Positions 8,592 to 17,613 of a stretch of DNA of 47,751 nt are shown here, in pieces (positions within the stretch are counted from its first letter, which is position 1; every line of letters starts with the position of its first letter). Below the pieces are notes generated by a model, which was not told the DNA's origin, did no database searches, and saw only the letters and a list, made by a program, of their open reading frames with translations. The DNA lies in NCBI GenBank assembly GCA_033763905.1, contig JANRJP010000099.1:1-47751 (forward strand), read 5' to 3'. The DNA is from Gemmatimonadaceae bacterium. Its GTDB lineage: Bacteria > Gemmatimonadota > Gemmatimonadetes > Gemmatimonadales > Gemmatimonadaceae. Both the position numbers and the translations under genes were made by a program.

Positions 8592-11500
8592 ATGCGCTTC
8601 ATTCGTAGTGCGGTTGCCCTGCTCGCGCTCTGTGCGCCGATGCTTCAGGCGCAACAGACTGGCACGATCAGCGGTAAGGTGACGGAAGCAGACGGCGGGA
8701 TGCCGGTTCAAGGGGCGAACATCATCGTCCTGACCTCGGCGAACACGCAGGCTGCCGCCACGCAAACCAACAGCGAAGGGAAGTACAGTGTGACGGTGGC
8801 GGCCGGCACCTACACGGTCCGGGTGATCCGGTTCGGCAACCAGCCGCAGCGCCGCGACGGAGTGGCGATCGCCTCGGGGCAGACGGTCACGCTCGACTTC
8901 CGTCTGATGGCGCAGGCGACGGAACTCAACCGCATCGCGGTGACGAGCACGCGTGGTACGCCGGAGAAGGTGCTGGATGCTCCGGCTCAGATCTCCTCGG
9001 TGACCCGTGACGAGATCGCGTCGCGTCCGGCGGTGACGGTCGCCGAGAACCTCCGCAACGTGCCCGGTGTCGACATCTCGACCGGCGGCATCGTGCAGAG
9101 CAACATCGTCTCCCGCGGCTTCAACAACGCCTTCTCCGGCGCGATGCTGATGCTGCAGGACTACCGCTTCGCGGGTGTCCCGTCGCTCCGCGTCAACGTG
9201 CCCTTCCTGTTCACCGGCACGAACGAAGACATCGAGCGGATCGAAGTGCTCAACGGCCCGGCCTCGGCACTCTACGGGCCGAACTCGGGCAACGGCGCGA
9301 TGCACATCATCACGCGCTCGCCCTTCGACGGCGACGGGTCGACGATTTCGATCGACGGTGGTGAGCAGAGCATCTACCGCCTCGGCCTCCGCACCGCGAA
9401 GGCCCTCAACGACAAGGTGGCCTTCAAGGCCTCCGGCGAGTTCATGCGCGGCCAGGACTTCCGCTACGACGACCTCGCCGAGCCCCTGACGTTCTCGACG
9501 GCCGCCCCGGGCTCGCGCTCCGGTGCCGGCAATGCCCGCGTGTTCGACGTGGGTCGCTACACGGGCGAGGCCCGTCTCGATTGGCGCCCGCGCGGCAAGG
9601 ATGGCGATCTCGAGTTCATCACGACGTACGGTATGACCAACGTCCAGAACGGCCTCGAACTGACCGGCGCCAACGGCACCGCGCAGATCAAGGGCTGGAC
9701 GTACCAGAACATCCAGCAGCGGATGCGCTGGGGCCGACTCTTCGCGCAGGCGTTCCTCAACACGTCGAACGCCGGCAATGACGCCGGCACGAGCACCGAC
9801 GGCACCTTCCTGCTCCGCAGCGGTCAGCCGATCGTCGACAAGTCGACCGTGTTCTCGGCGCAGGTGCAGCACGGCTTCACGATGGGCAAGGCCGACTTCA
9901 CGTACGGCTTCGACTACATCGGCACGACGCCGCAGACCGGCAACACCATCAGCGGCCGCAACGAAGACGAAGACAACGTCACCGAAATCGGCGGCTACAT
10001 CCAGGGCAAGTACAAGCTCACCAACGCCCTCGAGCTGCTCGGTGCCATTCGCGTCGACGACCACAGCCAGCTGAGCGGCACGTTCTTCTCGCCGCGCGCC
10101 GCGCTGCTCTGGAAGCCCAACGCCAACCAGACCTGGCGTGCGACGTACAACCGCGCGTTCAACACGCCGGCGAACTTCTCGTTCTTCCTCGACCTCATCA
10201 ACACCCGCAACCTCGGCGGCTCGGGCTACGACCTCCGCGCCCTCGGCAACGCGAACGGGTGGCAGTACGACCGCAGCTGTGCCGGCACGTCGCAGTTCGG
10301 CAACCACTGCATGCGGTCGCCGTTCATTCCGGGCCCCGGCGGCACGTTCGTGCAGACCGGTGCCAATGCCGCCAGCTCGTGGAACGGCCTGATCACGGTG
10401 CAGCGCACCGGCCTGATCGGCACGCCGACGGCCGGCCTCAACGGCGCGTTCAACCAGGCGATTGCGGCGGCGCTGACCTCGCTCGGCCTGCAGGCGCAGA
10501 TCCCGACCGTGGTCGGGTCGGTCGGCACGCAGGCGGCGGCCGCCGCCGCGGCGGCGATCGACGCACTGCGGACGGGCACGCCCACGGCGGCGAACATCCC
10601 GACCCGTGTTGCGTACATCTCGTCGGCGACGACGAACATCCAGCCGGCGACGTTGCAGGACATCCGCGCGCTGCAGCAGACCTACAACGAGACCTACGAG
10701 CTCGGCTGGAAGGGTGCGATCGGCAAGCGGTTCTCGATGGACATCGCCGGCTGGGCGCAGCTGCGTCGTGACGTCGGCACGCCGGCGACGCTGGCGACGC
10801 CGAGCGTCTTCATGGAGGCGCTGACGCCCGCGGGTCAGGGCGCGATCGGCACCTATATGGGTGGTCGTCTGCAGGCCGGCCTCGGCACGGCGGCAGGCAC
10901 GGCCTTCCAGGGCGCGCTGGCGACGGCACTTGGCAACGCCGGCGTGCCGGCGGCTAACATCCCGACGGTCATCAACAGCATCCTGACCGGCGCGCTCAAC
11001 GGCTTCGTGCCTGGGGCGCTCGGCAACCTGGCCCGAGCCCCGCTCGGTACGGTGACCTTCAACGACACGCGCTTCGGCACGTCGCCCGATCTCCTGGCGA
11101 CGTACCAGTCGATTCTCGGCGAGCTCTGGATCGCTGGCCTCGACGCGTCGTGGCAATATCTCGCCAACGACCAGTGGACGATCTCGGGCACGATCGGTGG
11201 CGTGAACAAGACGCAGTTCGACGAGTTCACCGACGCCAACGGCTTGCCGCTCGCGACGAACTCGCCGGGGCTCCGCTCGACGCTCACGATCAAGTTCCAG
11301 CAGGATCCCGAGAAGGGCTGGGGTGCTGACGTCCGAGGCCGCTACACGGACGCCTTCCAGGTCAACTCGGGTGTCTACAACACCGGCTATTGCAACGCGA
11401 TCGGTGTCGGCCGTCCTGGCGCGATCGCCAACGCGCCGACCGGCCCGATCTCCCGCGTCGGCGTCAACGGGGCCTGCCCGGCAGGCTCGTTTGCCTACAA

Positions 11501-11690
11501 CGCCGAGTACGGCGGTGTCCCGGTGAACATGATGCTCGACCTCGGGCTCAACTACCGCTTCGACATCGGCGGCAAGAAGGCCCTCTGGTCGCTGACCGCC
11601 ACGAACGTGCTCGACAATCAGCGTCCGACCTTCGCCGGCGTCCCGAACATCGGCCGCCTCGTGATGACGCGCCTGTCGTACACCTTCTGA
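8592..11690 (+). CDS. TonB-dependent receptor with N-terminal carboxypeptidase-regulatory-like domain
   Basis: Signal peptide; QTGTISGKV N-terminal domain; plug motifs LRNVPGVD and DIERIEVLNGPASALYG; barrel motifs FSPRAAL and TNVLD; C-terminal SYTF; GAGG RBS. Confidence 0.92.
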   Translation: MRFIRSAVALLALCAPMLQAQQTGTISGKVTEADGGMPVQGANIIVLTSANTQAAATQTNSEGKYSVTVAAGTYTVRVIRFGNQPQRRDGVAIASGQTVTLDFRLMAQATELNRIAVTSTRGTPEKVLDAPAQISSVTRDEIASRPAVTVAENLRNVPGVDISTGGIVQSNIVSRGFNNAFSGAMLMLQDYRFAGVPSLRVNVPFLFTGTNEDIERIEVLNGPASALYGPNSGNGAMHIITRSPFDGDGSTISIDGGEQSIYRLGLRTAKALNDKVAFKASGEFMRGQDFRYDDLAEPLTFSTAAPGSRSGAGNARVFDVGRYTGEARLDWRPRGKDGDLEFITTYGMTNVQNGLELTGANGTAQIKGWTYQNIQQRMRWGRLFAQAFLNTSNAGNDAGTSTDGTFLLRSGQPIVDKSTVFSAQVQHGFTMGKADFTYGFDYIGTTPQTGNTISGRNEDEDNVTEIGGYIQGKYKLTNALELLGAIRVDDHSQLSGTFFSPRAALLWKPNANQTWRATYNRAFNTPANFSFFLDLINTRNLGGSGYDLRALGNANGWQYDRSCAGTSQFGNHCMRSPFIPGPGGTFVQTGANAASSWNGLITVQRTGLIGTPTAGLNGAFNQAIAAALTSLGLQAQIPTVVGSVGTQAAAAAAAAIDALRTGTPTAANIPTRVAYISSATTNIQPATLQDIRALQQTYNETYELGWKGAIGKRFSMDIAGWAQLRRDVGTPATLATPSVFMEALTPAGQGAIGTYMGGRLQAGLGTAAGTAFQGALATALGNAGVPAANIPTVINSILTGALNGFVPGALGNLARAPLGTVTFNDTRFGTSPDLLATYQSILGELWIAGLDASWQYLANDQWTISGTIGGVNKTQFDEFTDANGLPLATNSPGLRSTLTIKFQQDPEKGWGADVRGRYTDAFQVNSGVYNTGYCNAIGVGRPGAIANAPTGPISRVGVNGACPAGSFAYNAEYGGVPVNMMLDLGLNYRFDIGGKKALWSLTATNVLDNQRPTFAGVPNIGRLVMTRLSYTF

Positions 11691-11703
11691 TCGACGGGCA
11701 GGG

Positions 11704-11749
11704 CGAATCGGCGCCGGCTCCCTTGCGGGGGCCGGCGCCGATTCGTTTT
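11704..11749 (+). terminator. Rho-independent terminator
   Basis: 19-bp stem (one G-U pair) CGAATCGGCGCCGGCTCCC-TTGC-GGGGGCCGGCGCCGATTCG followed by TTTT, just after the TonB receptor stop. Confidence 0.8.
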
Positions 11750-11759
11750 CGTCCGGTCC

Positions 11760-12551
11760 GTGACGCATCCCCTGCTCTTCCTCGATCGACACCCCATCGT
11801 GGGGCATCGCGGCAACGCCGCGCACGCCCCCGAGAACACGCTGGCGTCGTTCCAGCAAGCGGTCGATGCCGGCGTCGACGCCTTGGAACTCGACGTGCGC
11901 TTGAGCGCCGACGGCGAGGTCGTCGTCCACCACGACCCGACGGTCGATCGCACGACGGACGGCCGCGGTGCGGTGGCGGCGATGCGCTGGTCTTCGCTCG
12001 CGGCATTGGACGCCGGCGCCCGCTTCACGCGCGACCGACGCCACACGCCGTACCGCGGCATCGGCATCGGCATCCCGCGCTTTGCCGATGTCCTGTCCGC
12101 CTTTCCATCGACGCCGCTGCTGATCGAACTCAAGGTGCCCGACGTCGCGATCCCGTTGCGCACCCTGATCGAGCGCGCGGATGCTGCAGCGCGCTGCATC
12201 GTGGCGTCGTTCCACGCGGCGGCGCTGACGCCGTTCGCCGGTTCGGCGATCGCCATCGGATCGTCGCAGCGCGACCTCCTGCGATTGCTTCCCTCGGCCC
12301 TTCGTGGGCGCGGACCGACGCGGTTGCCCTACACCTCGATCGCGATGCCGGCGCGGCATTGGGGAATTCCGCTGCCGATGCGTGGGTATGCCGCCAGCGC
12401 GCGGACAGCCGGCGTGCCCGTGCACGTCTGGACGGTGAACGATCCCGCCGAGGCACGACGGCTCTGGCAGCGTGGCGTATGCGGCATCATCAGCGACGAC
12501 CCGGCACGGATGCTGGCCGAACGGGCGCGCGTCTTCAGCGAGAACGTCTGA
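11760..12551 (+). CDS. Glycerophosphodiester phosphodiesterase family protein
   Basis: GHRG, PENTL, ELDV, HHD..DRTT, IELK, WTVND and GIISD motifs. Confidence 0.92.
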   Translation: MTHPLLFLDRHPIVGHRGNAAHAPENTLASFQQAVDAGVDALELDVRLSADGEVVVHHDPTVDRTTDGRGAVAAMRWSSLAALDAGARFTRDRRHTPYRGIGIGIPRFADVLSAFPSTPLLIELKVPDVAIPLRTLIERADAAARCIVASFHAAALTPFAGSAIAIGSSQRDLLRLLPSALRGRGPTRLPYTSIAMPARHWGIPLPMRGYAASARTAGVPVHVWTVNDPAEARRLWQRGVCGIISDDPARMLAERARVFSENV

Positions 12552-13372
12552 TGGCAGGCAAGGCGAAAGGGACGAGTGGCGGCGCGGGCCGGGCGGGAGA
12601 AGCGGTCGCCGGCGCGGTCCTCGGCGGTGTGGCGTGGCTCCTGGCCGTCGAGGTCGGCGTGGTGCAGCTCGCCAAAGTGGGCGAGATGAGCGGATTCTTC
12701 CCGGCGATGGCGTGTGGCGCGCTGCTTGGCGTGTTCGGGCTGGCGAAGCTGTTGTGGGTGGTGAATGTGCTCCAACTCGTCGTCATCGGGGTCGTCATTG
12801 CGACCCCGGCTCCGGCGCGGCACTTCGTGCGGCGCTTCGTGCGCGAAACGCCGGTGCCGGCCACGGGCGTCGAAGCGGTGGTCGTGCTGTCGGCGAATCT
12901 GTCGGCCGACGGACTGCTGAGTGGCGAGGCTGTGGATCGGCTGCTCACAGGGCTCGTGCTCGCCAAGAAGGTCGGGGCGCCCGTGTTCATCACGACGCGC
13001 GTGCACTCGCCGGACGACGAGGCGGTGACCTCCGACGCCGACCAGAGTCGGCTGATCACGCTTGCCGCGACAGGGGCGCGCTGGCTGGTGGTGCCCCGTG
13101 TGCGCGATACGCGTGAGGAGGCCAAGGGGACCGCCGTTCTCGCGGCGCGCGAGGGCTTCCGTCGAGTGGCGGTGGTCACGAGTCCGATGCACACATCCCG
13201 TTCGTGCGCGCTGTTCGAGCGTGAGCAACTCACCGTGACCTGCGTTCCGGCGCAGGAGCGGACGACCGCGTTGCGGTCGCTGAAGTCCCCCCGCGACCGG
13301 ATCCGGGCCTTCCGGCTGGGGCTGTACGAAACCGTCGCCTGGGGCTGGTATCGCCTCCGTGGCTGGCTCTAG
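12551..13372 (+). CDS. YdcF/ElyC (DUF218) family membrane protein
   Basis: ATG overlaps the GDPD stop (TGATG). N-terminal TM helices, then VVVLS, DTREEA, VVTSPMHTSR and LYETVA..WY. The upstream part of the 660-aa ORF call is spurious. Confidence 0.8.
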   Translation: MAGKAKGTSGGAGRAGEAVAGAVLGGVAWLLAVEVGVVQLAKVGEMSGFFPAMACGALLGVFGLAKLLWVVNVLQLVVIGVVIATPAPARHFVRRFVRETPVPATGVEAVVVLSANLSADGLLSGEAVDRLLTGLVLAKKVGAPVFITTRVHSPDDEAVTSDADQSRLITLAATGARWLVVPRVRDTREEAKGTAVLAAREGFRRVAVVTSPMHTSRSCALFEREQLTVTCVPAQERTTALRSLKSPRDRIRAFRLGLYETVAWGWYRLRGWL

Positions 13373-13442
13373 CCCCCTGTTCCGGGGTATTCTCAAGGCG
13401 GTGCAGGTTGACCTTCTGTAGGCCTTTTCCAACGGCGCAGCG

Positions 13443-13934
13443 ATGATGCGAGCTCTTCTGATCGGAACGCTGGCGATGTGGCCGGCGCTGGTGTCGGCGC
13501 AGGTCCCGATGGGCGGAATGGGTGGGATGGGTGGGATGGGCCGTGGGATGGGCCGGTCACCCAACGATCCCACGATGTCCACGCCGATGAAGCCGGAGCG
13601 GCCCCGTGTGCCGAAGGCCGACGAAATGGTGGATCTCGGTCCGCTGCTGCGCGGTGTCACGCTGACCGACGCGCAGAAGACGCAGCTGGCCGCCATCACC
13701 GACAAGTACCACCCCCTCATTCTTCCGGCGCTCGATGTGATTCGCCAGGAAGTCGAGGCGGGTGACAACGGCGACCCGCAGAAGATCCAGCGCTATACGC
13801 AGCGGGCGAACCGGTATCGCGAACAGGAAGTCGCCGACATCAAGCTGATGCTCGACCCGCAGCAGCTGGTCCGCTTCGACAAGAACATCGTCGACTTCCG
13901 GAACCGGAACGGCAGCCTCATCGGTCGCCCGTGA
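13443..13934 (+). CDS. Exported Spy/CpxP-like helical protein with Met-Gly-rich N-terminus
   Basis: Signal peptide ending VSA-Q; MGG repeats; LTDAQ and LDPQQ LTxxQ-type motifs. Confidence 0.6.
   Translation: MMRALLIGTLAMWPALVSAQVPMGGMGGMGGMGRGMGRSPNDPTMSTPMKPERPRVPKADEMVDLGPLLRGVTLTDAQKTQLAAITDKYHPLILPALDVIRQEVEAGDNGDPQKIQRYTQRANRYREQEVADIKLMLDPQQLVRFDKNIVDFRNRNGSLIGRP
13509..13553 (+). repeat. Imperfect 9-bp tandem repeat encoding (MGG)n
   Basis: ATGGGCGGA ATGGGTGGG ATGGGTGGG ATGGGCCGT GGGATGGGC. Confidence 0.7.
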
Positions 13935-14809
13935 CCGCCGCGTCGCCTCCACGCCGCATTGGTGATTGGAAAATCATCTCGGCGGCCGTGGTCGCGACGG
14001 TCGCACTGCTGCTGATCCTCGGGCGAGCCGTCGCGTATCGCGCGATCGAACATCAGGGCCTCATCACGCCCCCAAATGGTCCCGAAACGCCACTGACCTT
14101 CGGCGCACCGTTCACGTCGCTGTCGCTCACCAGCGGCGACCGCAGGCTGGACGCGGTGGCGGTCGATGCGGCGCAGGACTCGGCACCCGTCATCGTGGTG
14201 TTCCACGGCACCAACGAAGCGGTGAGTTACTGGGCCGATGTGCAGGCGCTGTGGCGCTCGCAGGGCGTGGCGTCCCTGGTGTTCGACTATTCCGGATTCG
14301 GCCGCTCGACGGGCAGGCCGAGCGCGGTGCACTGCGACGAGGACGCGCGGGTCGCGTACGCCGCCGCGCGTGCCCACTTCGGCGCACATCGTCGGTACAT
14401 CGTGATCGGCTACTCGCTCGGGACCGGCATCCTGCTGGCCGCCGCCCACGCGTTCCAGCCGGCACCGGCGGGCCTCGCCGTCGTGTCGGGCTACTCCTCG
14501 GCGAAGGAGGCGGCGGTGGCCTTCCTCGGCATCCCGCGCTTCGTCTCGATGGCATTGCCGGACCTCTGGAACAACGTCCAGTCGGTCCGGGCGCTGACGC
14601 TTCCGGTGCTCGTGCTGCACAGTCGCGACGACAAGACGTTCCCGATGTGGATGGCCGAGGCCGTGCAACGCTCCGCAGGCGGTCCGTCGCGCCTCGTGCA
14701 ACTCTCCGGCTTCGAGCACGCGGACGGTCACCTGCGGCCGACGGTCGAGTATTGGCGCCCGGTGCTGGACTTTGCCCGGAGCGGCGCGCTCCCCGCCGCT
14801 CAGAACTGA
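13931..14809 (+). CDS. Membrane-anchored alpha/beta hydrolase
   Basis: N-terminal TM helix; FHG oxyanion segment, FDYSGFGRSTG, nucleophile GYSLG, HSRDD and His motif. GTGA overlap with the upstream gene. Confidence 0.85.
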   Translation: MTAASPPRRIGDWKIISAAVVATVALLLILGRAVAYRAIEHQGLITPPNGPETPLTFGAPFTSLSLTSGDRRLDAVAVDAAQDSAPVIVVFHGTNEAVSYWADVQALWRSQGVASLVFDYSGFGRSTGRPSAVHCDEDARVAYAAARAHFGAHRRYIVIGYSLGTGILLAAAHAFQPAPAGLAVVSGYSSAKEAAVAFLGIPRFVSMALPDLWNNVQSVRALTLPVLVLHSRDDKTFPMWMAEAVQRSAGGPSRLVQLSGFEHADGHLRPTVEYWRPVLDFARSGALPAAQN

Positions 14810-17055
14810 CGGCCGAAGGCGAGCACCGCACGCCACGGCTGCGGCGCGGCGCTCACACCGTCCACCGCGCGACCGGCGCCCACATACGTCGCCCCACCGA
14901 ACAACTGCAGACCGACCGAGACGGTCGCACGAACGGTGCCGGTCGCTCCGGGGGTGCGCGTGTTACCGGCCGCATCCCGCAGTACGCTGTGTCCAAGCGG
15001 ATCGTAGAGCGCTCCGAGTCGCGCCGCCGAGGCGCGCGCGGCCGCACTCGAGAGCTCGGTCCATCCCGCCGTGGCACCGAGCTGCACCGCCGGCACGATG
15101 GCCGGAATGACGAAACCGGCCACCTCGCCGATCGGCTCTCGCAGTATGCCCATCGGAATCGTGCCGATCAGATCGAGTGAGGCCGCACGATCCCCTGCGA
15201 ACTCCTTGTAGGCGTAGCCGGGCAGATGCTGTTGCTCGCCCAGCTCGAAGAGCTGCTGCGGCGGGACATCGCCGAACAATGCCCCCGCATTCAGCACGGC
15301 GGCGAACGTGCCCTCGCGCCACCACCGCTGCCGCACCACCAAGCGACCGGAGAGCCGCTGATACGTGAGGTCACCGGCGGCGAGCTCGGCGATGAGCGCT
15401 CCCCCGACCCGTTGACCGCGCGGATCGAAATCGGCGTGCCGGTCCCAGTCGAGCCTCGCGAGCAGGCGGCCATATCGTCCCGCATCGACCCCGCGGTTCG
15501 GCAGGAACGGCTCTCCGATCAGGCCCCGCGTCACCGACCGCATCGCCGGCTGATCACTGACGATGCCGACATCCACGCGCGCGTGCAGGTCGGAAGTCCC
15601 GATCTGGCCCTCGCCGCGCACCAGGGCCGTGCGACGATCCACGTAGTCGTACGCATCCACGGACAACAGCGCGGGGAGCCAGGTCGACCCGACATCGAGC
15701 GGCGAGCGGAAGTCGTTGGTCACGTCGAGTTCGCGACTCGCCACCACGCTCATCGTCACGTCGCGCGCGCGCCGTGAGAACTCGGCCCGCCCACGCACCG
15801 TGCGCTCGTGCCACGCCCAGCCCGCGGTGACCCGTGCGATCGCGCCCGGCATCCGGTCGCGGAAGCGTACGCTTACGCCCGCGCCGGTGAACCACCCTTC
15901 CACGCGATTGAAGCGATACAGATCGGTGATGCGCGCGACTTCGAAGCGACCAATCGCGGGCCCACGCTCGCGCATTCGCTCCGGCCACCAGGGAGTGAAC
16001 GGACTCGGCGCCACCAGCAGGGCCCGTGTGGTTTCGCCGAACGGCGTCGTCCACCCGGGTCCGCGTGCCGCGCCCGCGTCGCGCACGCGGTACGTCGGCG
16101 GCGGCGGAGACGCACCACCGGCCGCCGACCTGTACTGCCGAGCGTACGCGGGCAGCGTCCGCCCCACGACGTGCATCGACGCGTAGGCATCCTGGGCAAC
16201 GGCGGCGGTCGTCTGCTCGATGCGCACCAGCGCGGGCACTACGCCGCCGTCGACGATCGCCGTCTGCAGGTCGAGATAGGCGATCGGGAGCGTGTTGCCC
16301 GACAGCACCCGCCGTGCACGGGCCACATCGGTTGCGACACCGCTGACGACACCATCCACGCGGCCAATCATTCGCCGCAGCTGCAAGGTGCGGACATCGA
16401 GGTAGACATCGCCCGTGAAGACGTTGACGCGCCGCGGCGGTCGCTGCCGCGGGGTGACTTCGATGCGGACCGCGGTCAGGCCTTCGCCCGACTCCAGCGT
16501 GAGCGCCACGGTGTCCCCACCGCCGAAGCGGTAGGACTTCTCGCGATCCGCCGCGAGCGGGTGCACGACCAGGAGCGTGTCCGGCTGCCGCGAGAGGATG
16601 CCGAGCGTCCGCCGGAGCAGTCGATCGAGCACGTTCGGGGTCTCGGCCACCGGCTGACGCAAACGGAAGCGATCGCCGGTCGCCAAGGGAATGAGCCAGC
16701 CGGGCCGCAGGCCTTGTTCGAGCGACGTGTCGAGCTCGTAGGCTTCCCCACGGTACTCGGTCACTCCCTGCGTGAAGACGCCCTCATCGAGTTCCACCGG
16801 CCCGCGCGTCTGTTGCAGGGTCTGCACGAAGACGCCGCCTTCGTCGACGGTGCGGACGTTCGCGGCTTCCTGTTCGAACCAGCCGCTGAAGTTGGCGGGA
16901 ATGGCGGCGCGAGCGGCCGCGCGCGTCACGAGCAGCCGCAGGACGTTGCTGCGATACGCCGGTCGCTCACGCTCCGCCGTGTCTGGCGTCTGCGCGGCGA
17001 GCGAGGAGCCCGCGGCGGCGCAGGCGAAGGCGACCGCCGCGGCCCGACGAATCAC
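14800..17055 (-). CDS. Probable outer-membrane beta-barrel protein (DUF5686-like)
   Basis: Signal peptide; RFNRVEG motif, DxYDY, PPQQLFELG..HLPGYAYKEFAG, and a terminal Phe (AFGRQF). Family assignment is tentative. Confidence 0.55.
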   Translation of the reverse strand: MIRRAAAVAFACAAAGSSLAAQTPDTAERERPAYRSNVLRLLVTRAAARAAIPANFSGWFEQEAANVRTVDEGGVFVQTLQQTRGPVELDEGVFTQGVTEYRGEAYELDTSLEQGLRPGWLIPLATGDRFRLRQPVAETPNVLDRLLRRTLGILSRQPDTLLVVHPLAADREKSYRFGGGDTVALTLESGEGLTAVRIEVTPRQRPPRRVNVFTGDVYLDVRTLQLRRMIGRVDGVVSGVATDVARARRVLSGNTLPIAYLDLQTAIVDGGVVPALVRIEQTTAAVAQDAYASMHVVGRTLPAYARQYRSAAGGASPPPPTYRVRDAGAARGPGWTTPFGETTRALLVAPSPFTPWWPERMRERGPAIGRFEVARITDLYRFNRVEGWFTGAGVSVRFRDRMPGAIARVTAGWAWHERTVRGRAEFSRRARDVTMSVVASRELDVTNDFRSPLDVGSTWLPALLSVDAYDYVDRRTALVRGEGQIGTSDLHARVDVGIVSDQPAMRSVTRGLIGEPFLPNRGVDAGRYGRLLARLDWDRHADFDPRGQRVGGALIAELAAGDLTYQRLSGRLVVRQRWWREGTFAAVLNAGALFGDVPPQQLFELGEQQHLPGYAYKEFAGDRAASLDLIGTIPMGILREPIGEVAGFVIPAIVPAVQLGATAGWTELSSAAARASAARLGALYDPLGHSVLRDAAGNTRTPGATGTVRATVSVGLQLFGGATYVGAGRAVDGVSAAPQPWRAVLAFGRQF

Positions 17056-17525
17056 GCCAGCGTATCGGGGCGGAGCTTTCGGTACGCCGAGACCGCCTGA
17101 CGCAACGCCAGCTGGGCCGACGCCTGCAGTTCGTACTCGGCGTGCAGCTCGGTGAGCTTCTGCGAGGAATGGCGCTTGAGTTCCCGCTCGGCGAGATCGC
17201 AGCCGTCGTGGCGACGCACGAACTCGCGGCTGGCCATATAGAGCGCATTCGCCGCGCGGCGCTGCGCGTCGTCGGCGAACTCACCGGGCGCCGCCGTCTC
17301 GTAGGCCGTCACGAGGCTGCGCACGTGCGCGTCGGCGGCTTCCGCCACGCCGGCGACGCCTTGCAGCTCGACTTCAGGGCTCCCGCCCTGCATCACGAGA
17401 TGGAGCCGCTCGTGCTGGCGGCAGCTCTCGGCCGCCGCGCGCGCCAACGCATCGGCCACCGTGTGGCCGGTGACGACTTCGATCGTGGTGCGCGACGCCT
17501 TGGCGCCCTTGCTGGTGGTGCCCAT
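17052..17525 (-). CDS. Hypothetical helical protein
   Basis: 157-aa ATG-initiated ORF whose stop overlaps the downstream start (GTGA). Typical codon usage; no recognised motif. Confidence 0.7.
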   Translation of the reverse strand: MGTTSKGAKASRTTIEVVTGHTVADALARAAAESCRQHERLHLVMQGGSPEVELQGVAGVAEAADAHVRSLVTAYETAAPGEFADDAQRRAANALYMASREFVRRHDGCDLAERELKRHSSQKLTELHAEYELQASAQLALRQAVSAYRKLRPDTLA

Positions 17526-17613
17526 TCGTGGTGCCCGAGGTTGGAGCGCGACCGGAATGGCACGCGCCCACGCACGAAACCGGAGCGCGTGCCGTAAGTC
17601 AAGCGCTTGGCGG

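Noticed and set aside
8586..12425. 1279-aa minus-strand ORF
   Set aside because: Antisense shadow of the TonB receptor and GDPD genes. Arg-rich and motif-free, as expected from high GC3 codon bias.
11390..12550. N-terminal extension of the 660-aa ORF
   Set aside because: Overlaps the TonB and GDPD genes in another frame. The YdcF-like protein starts at 12551.
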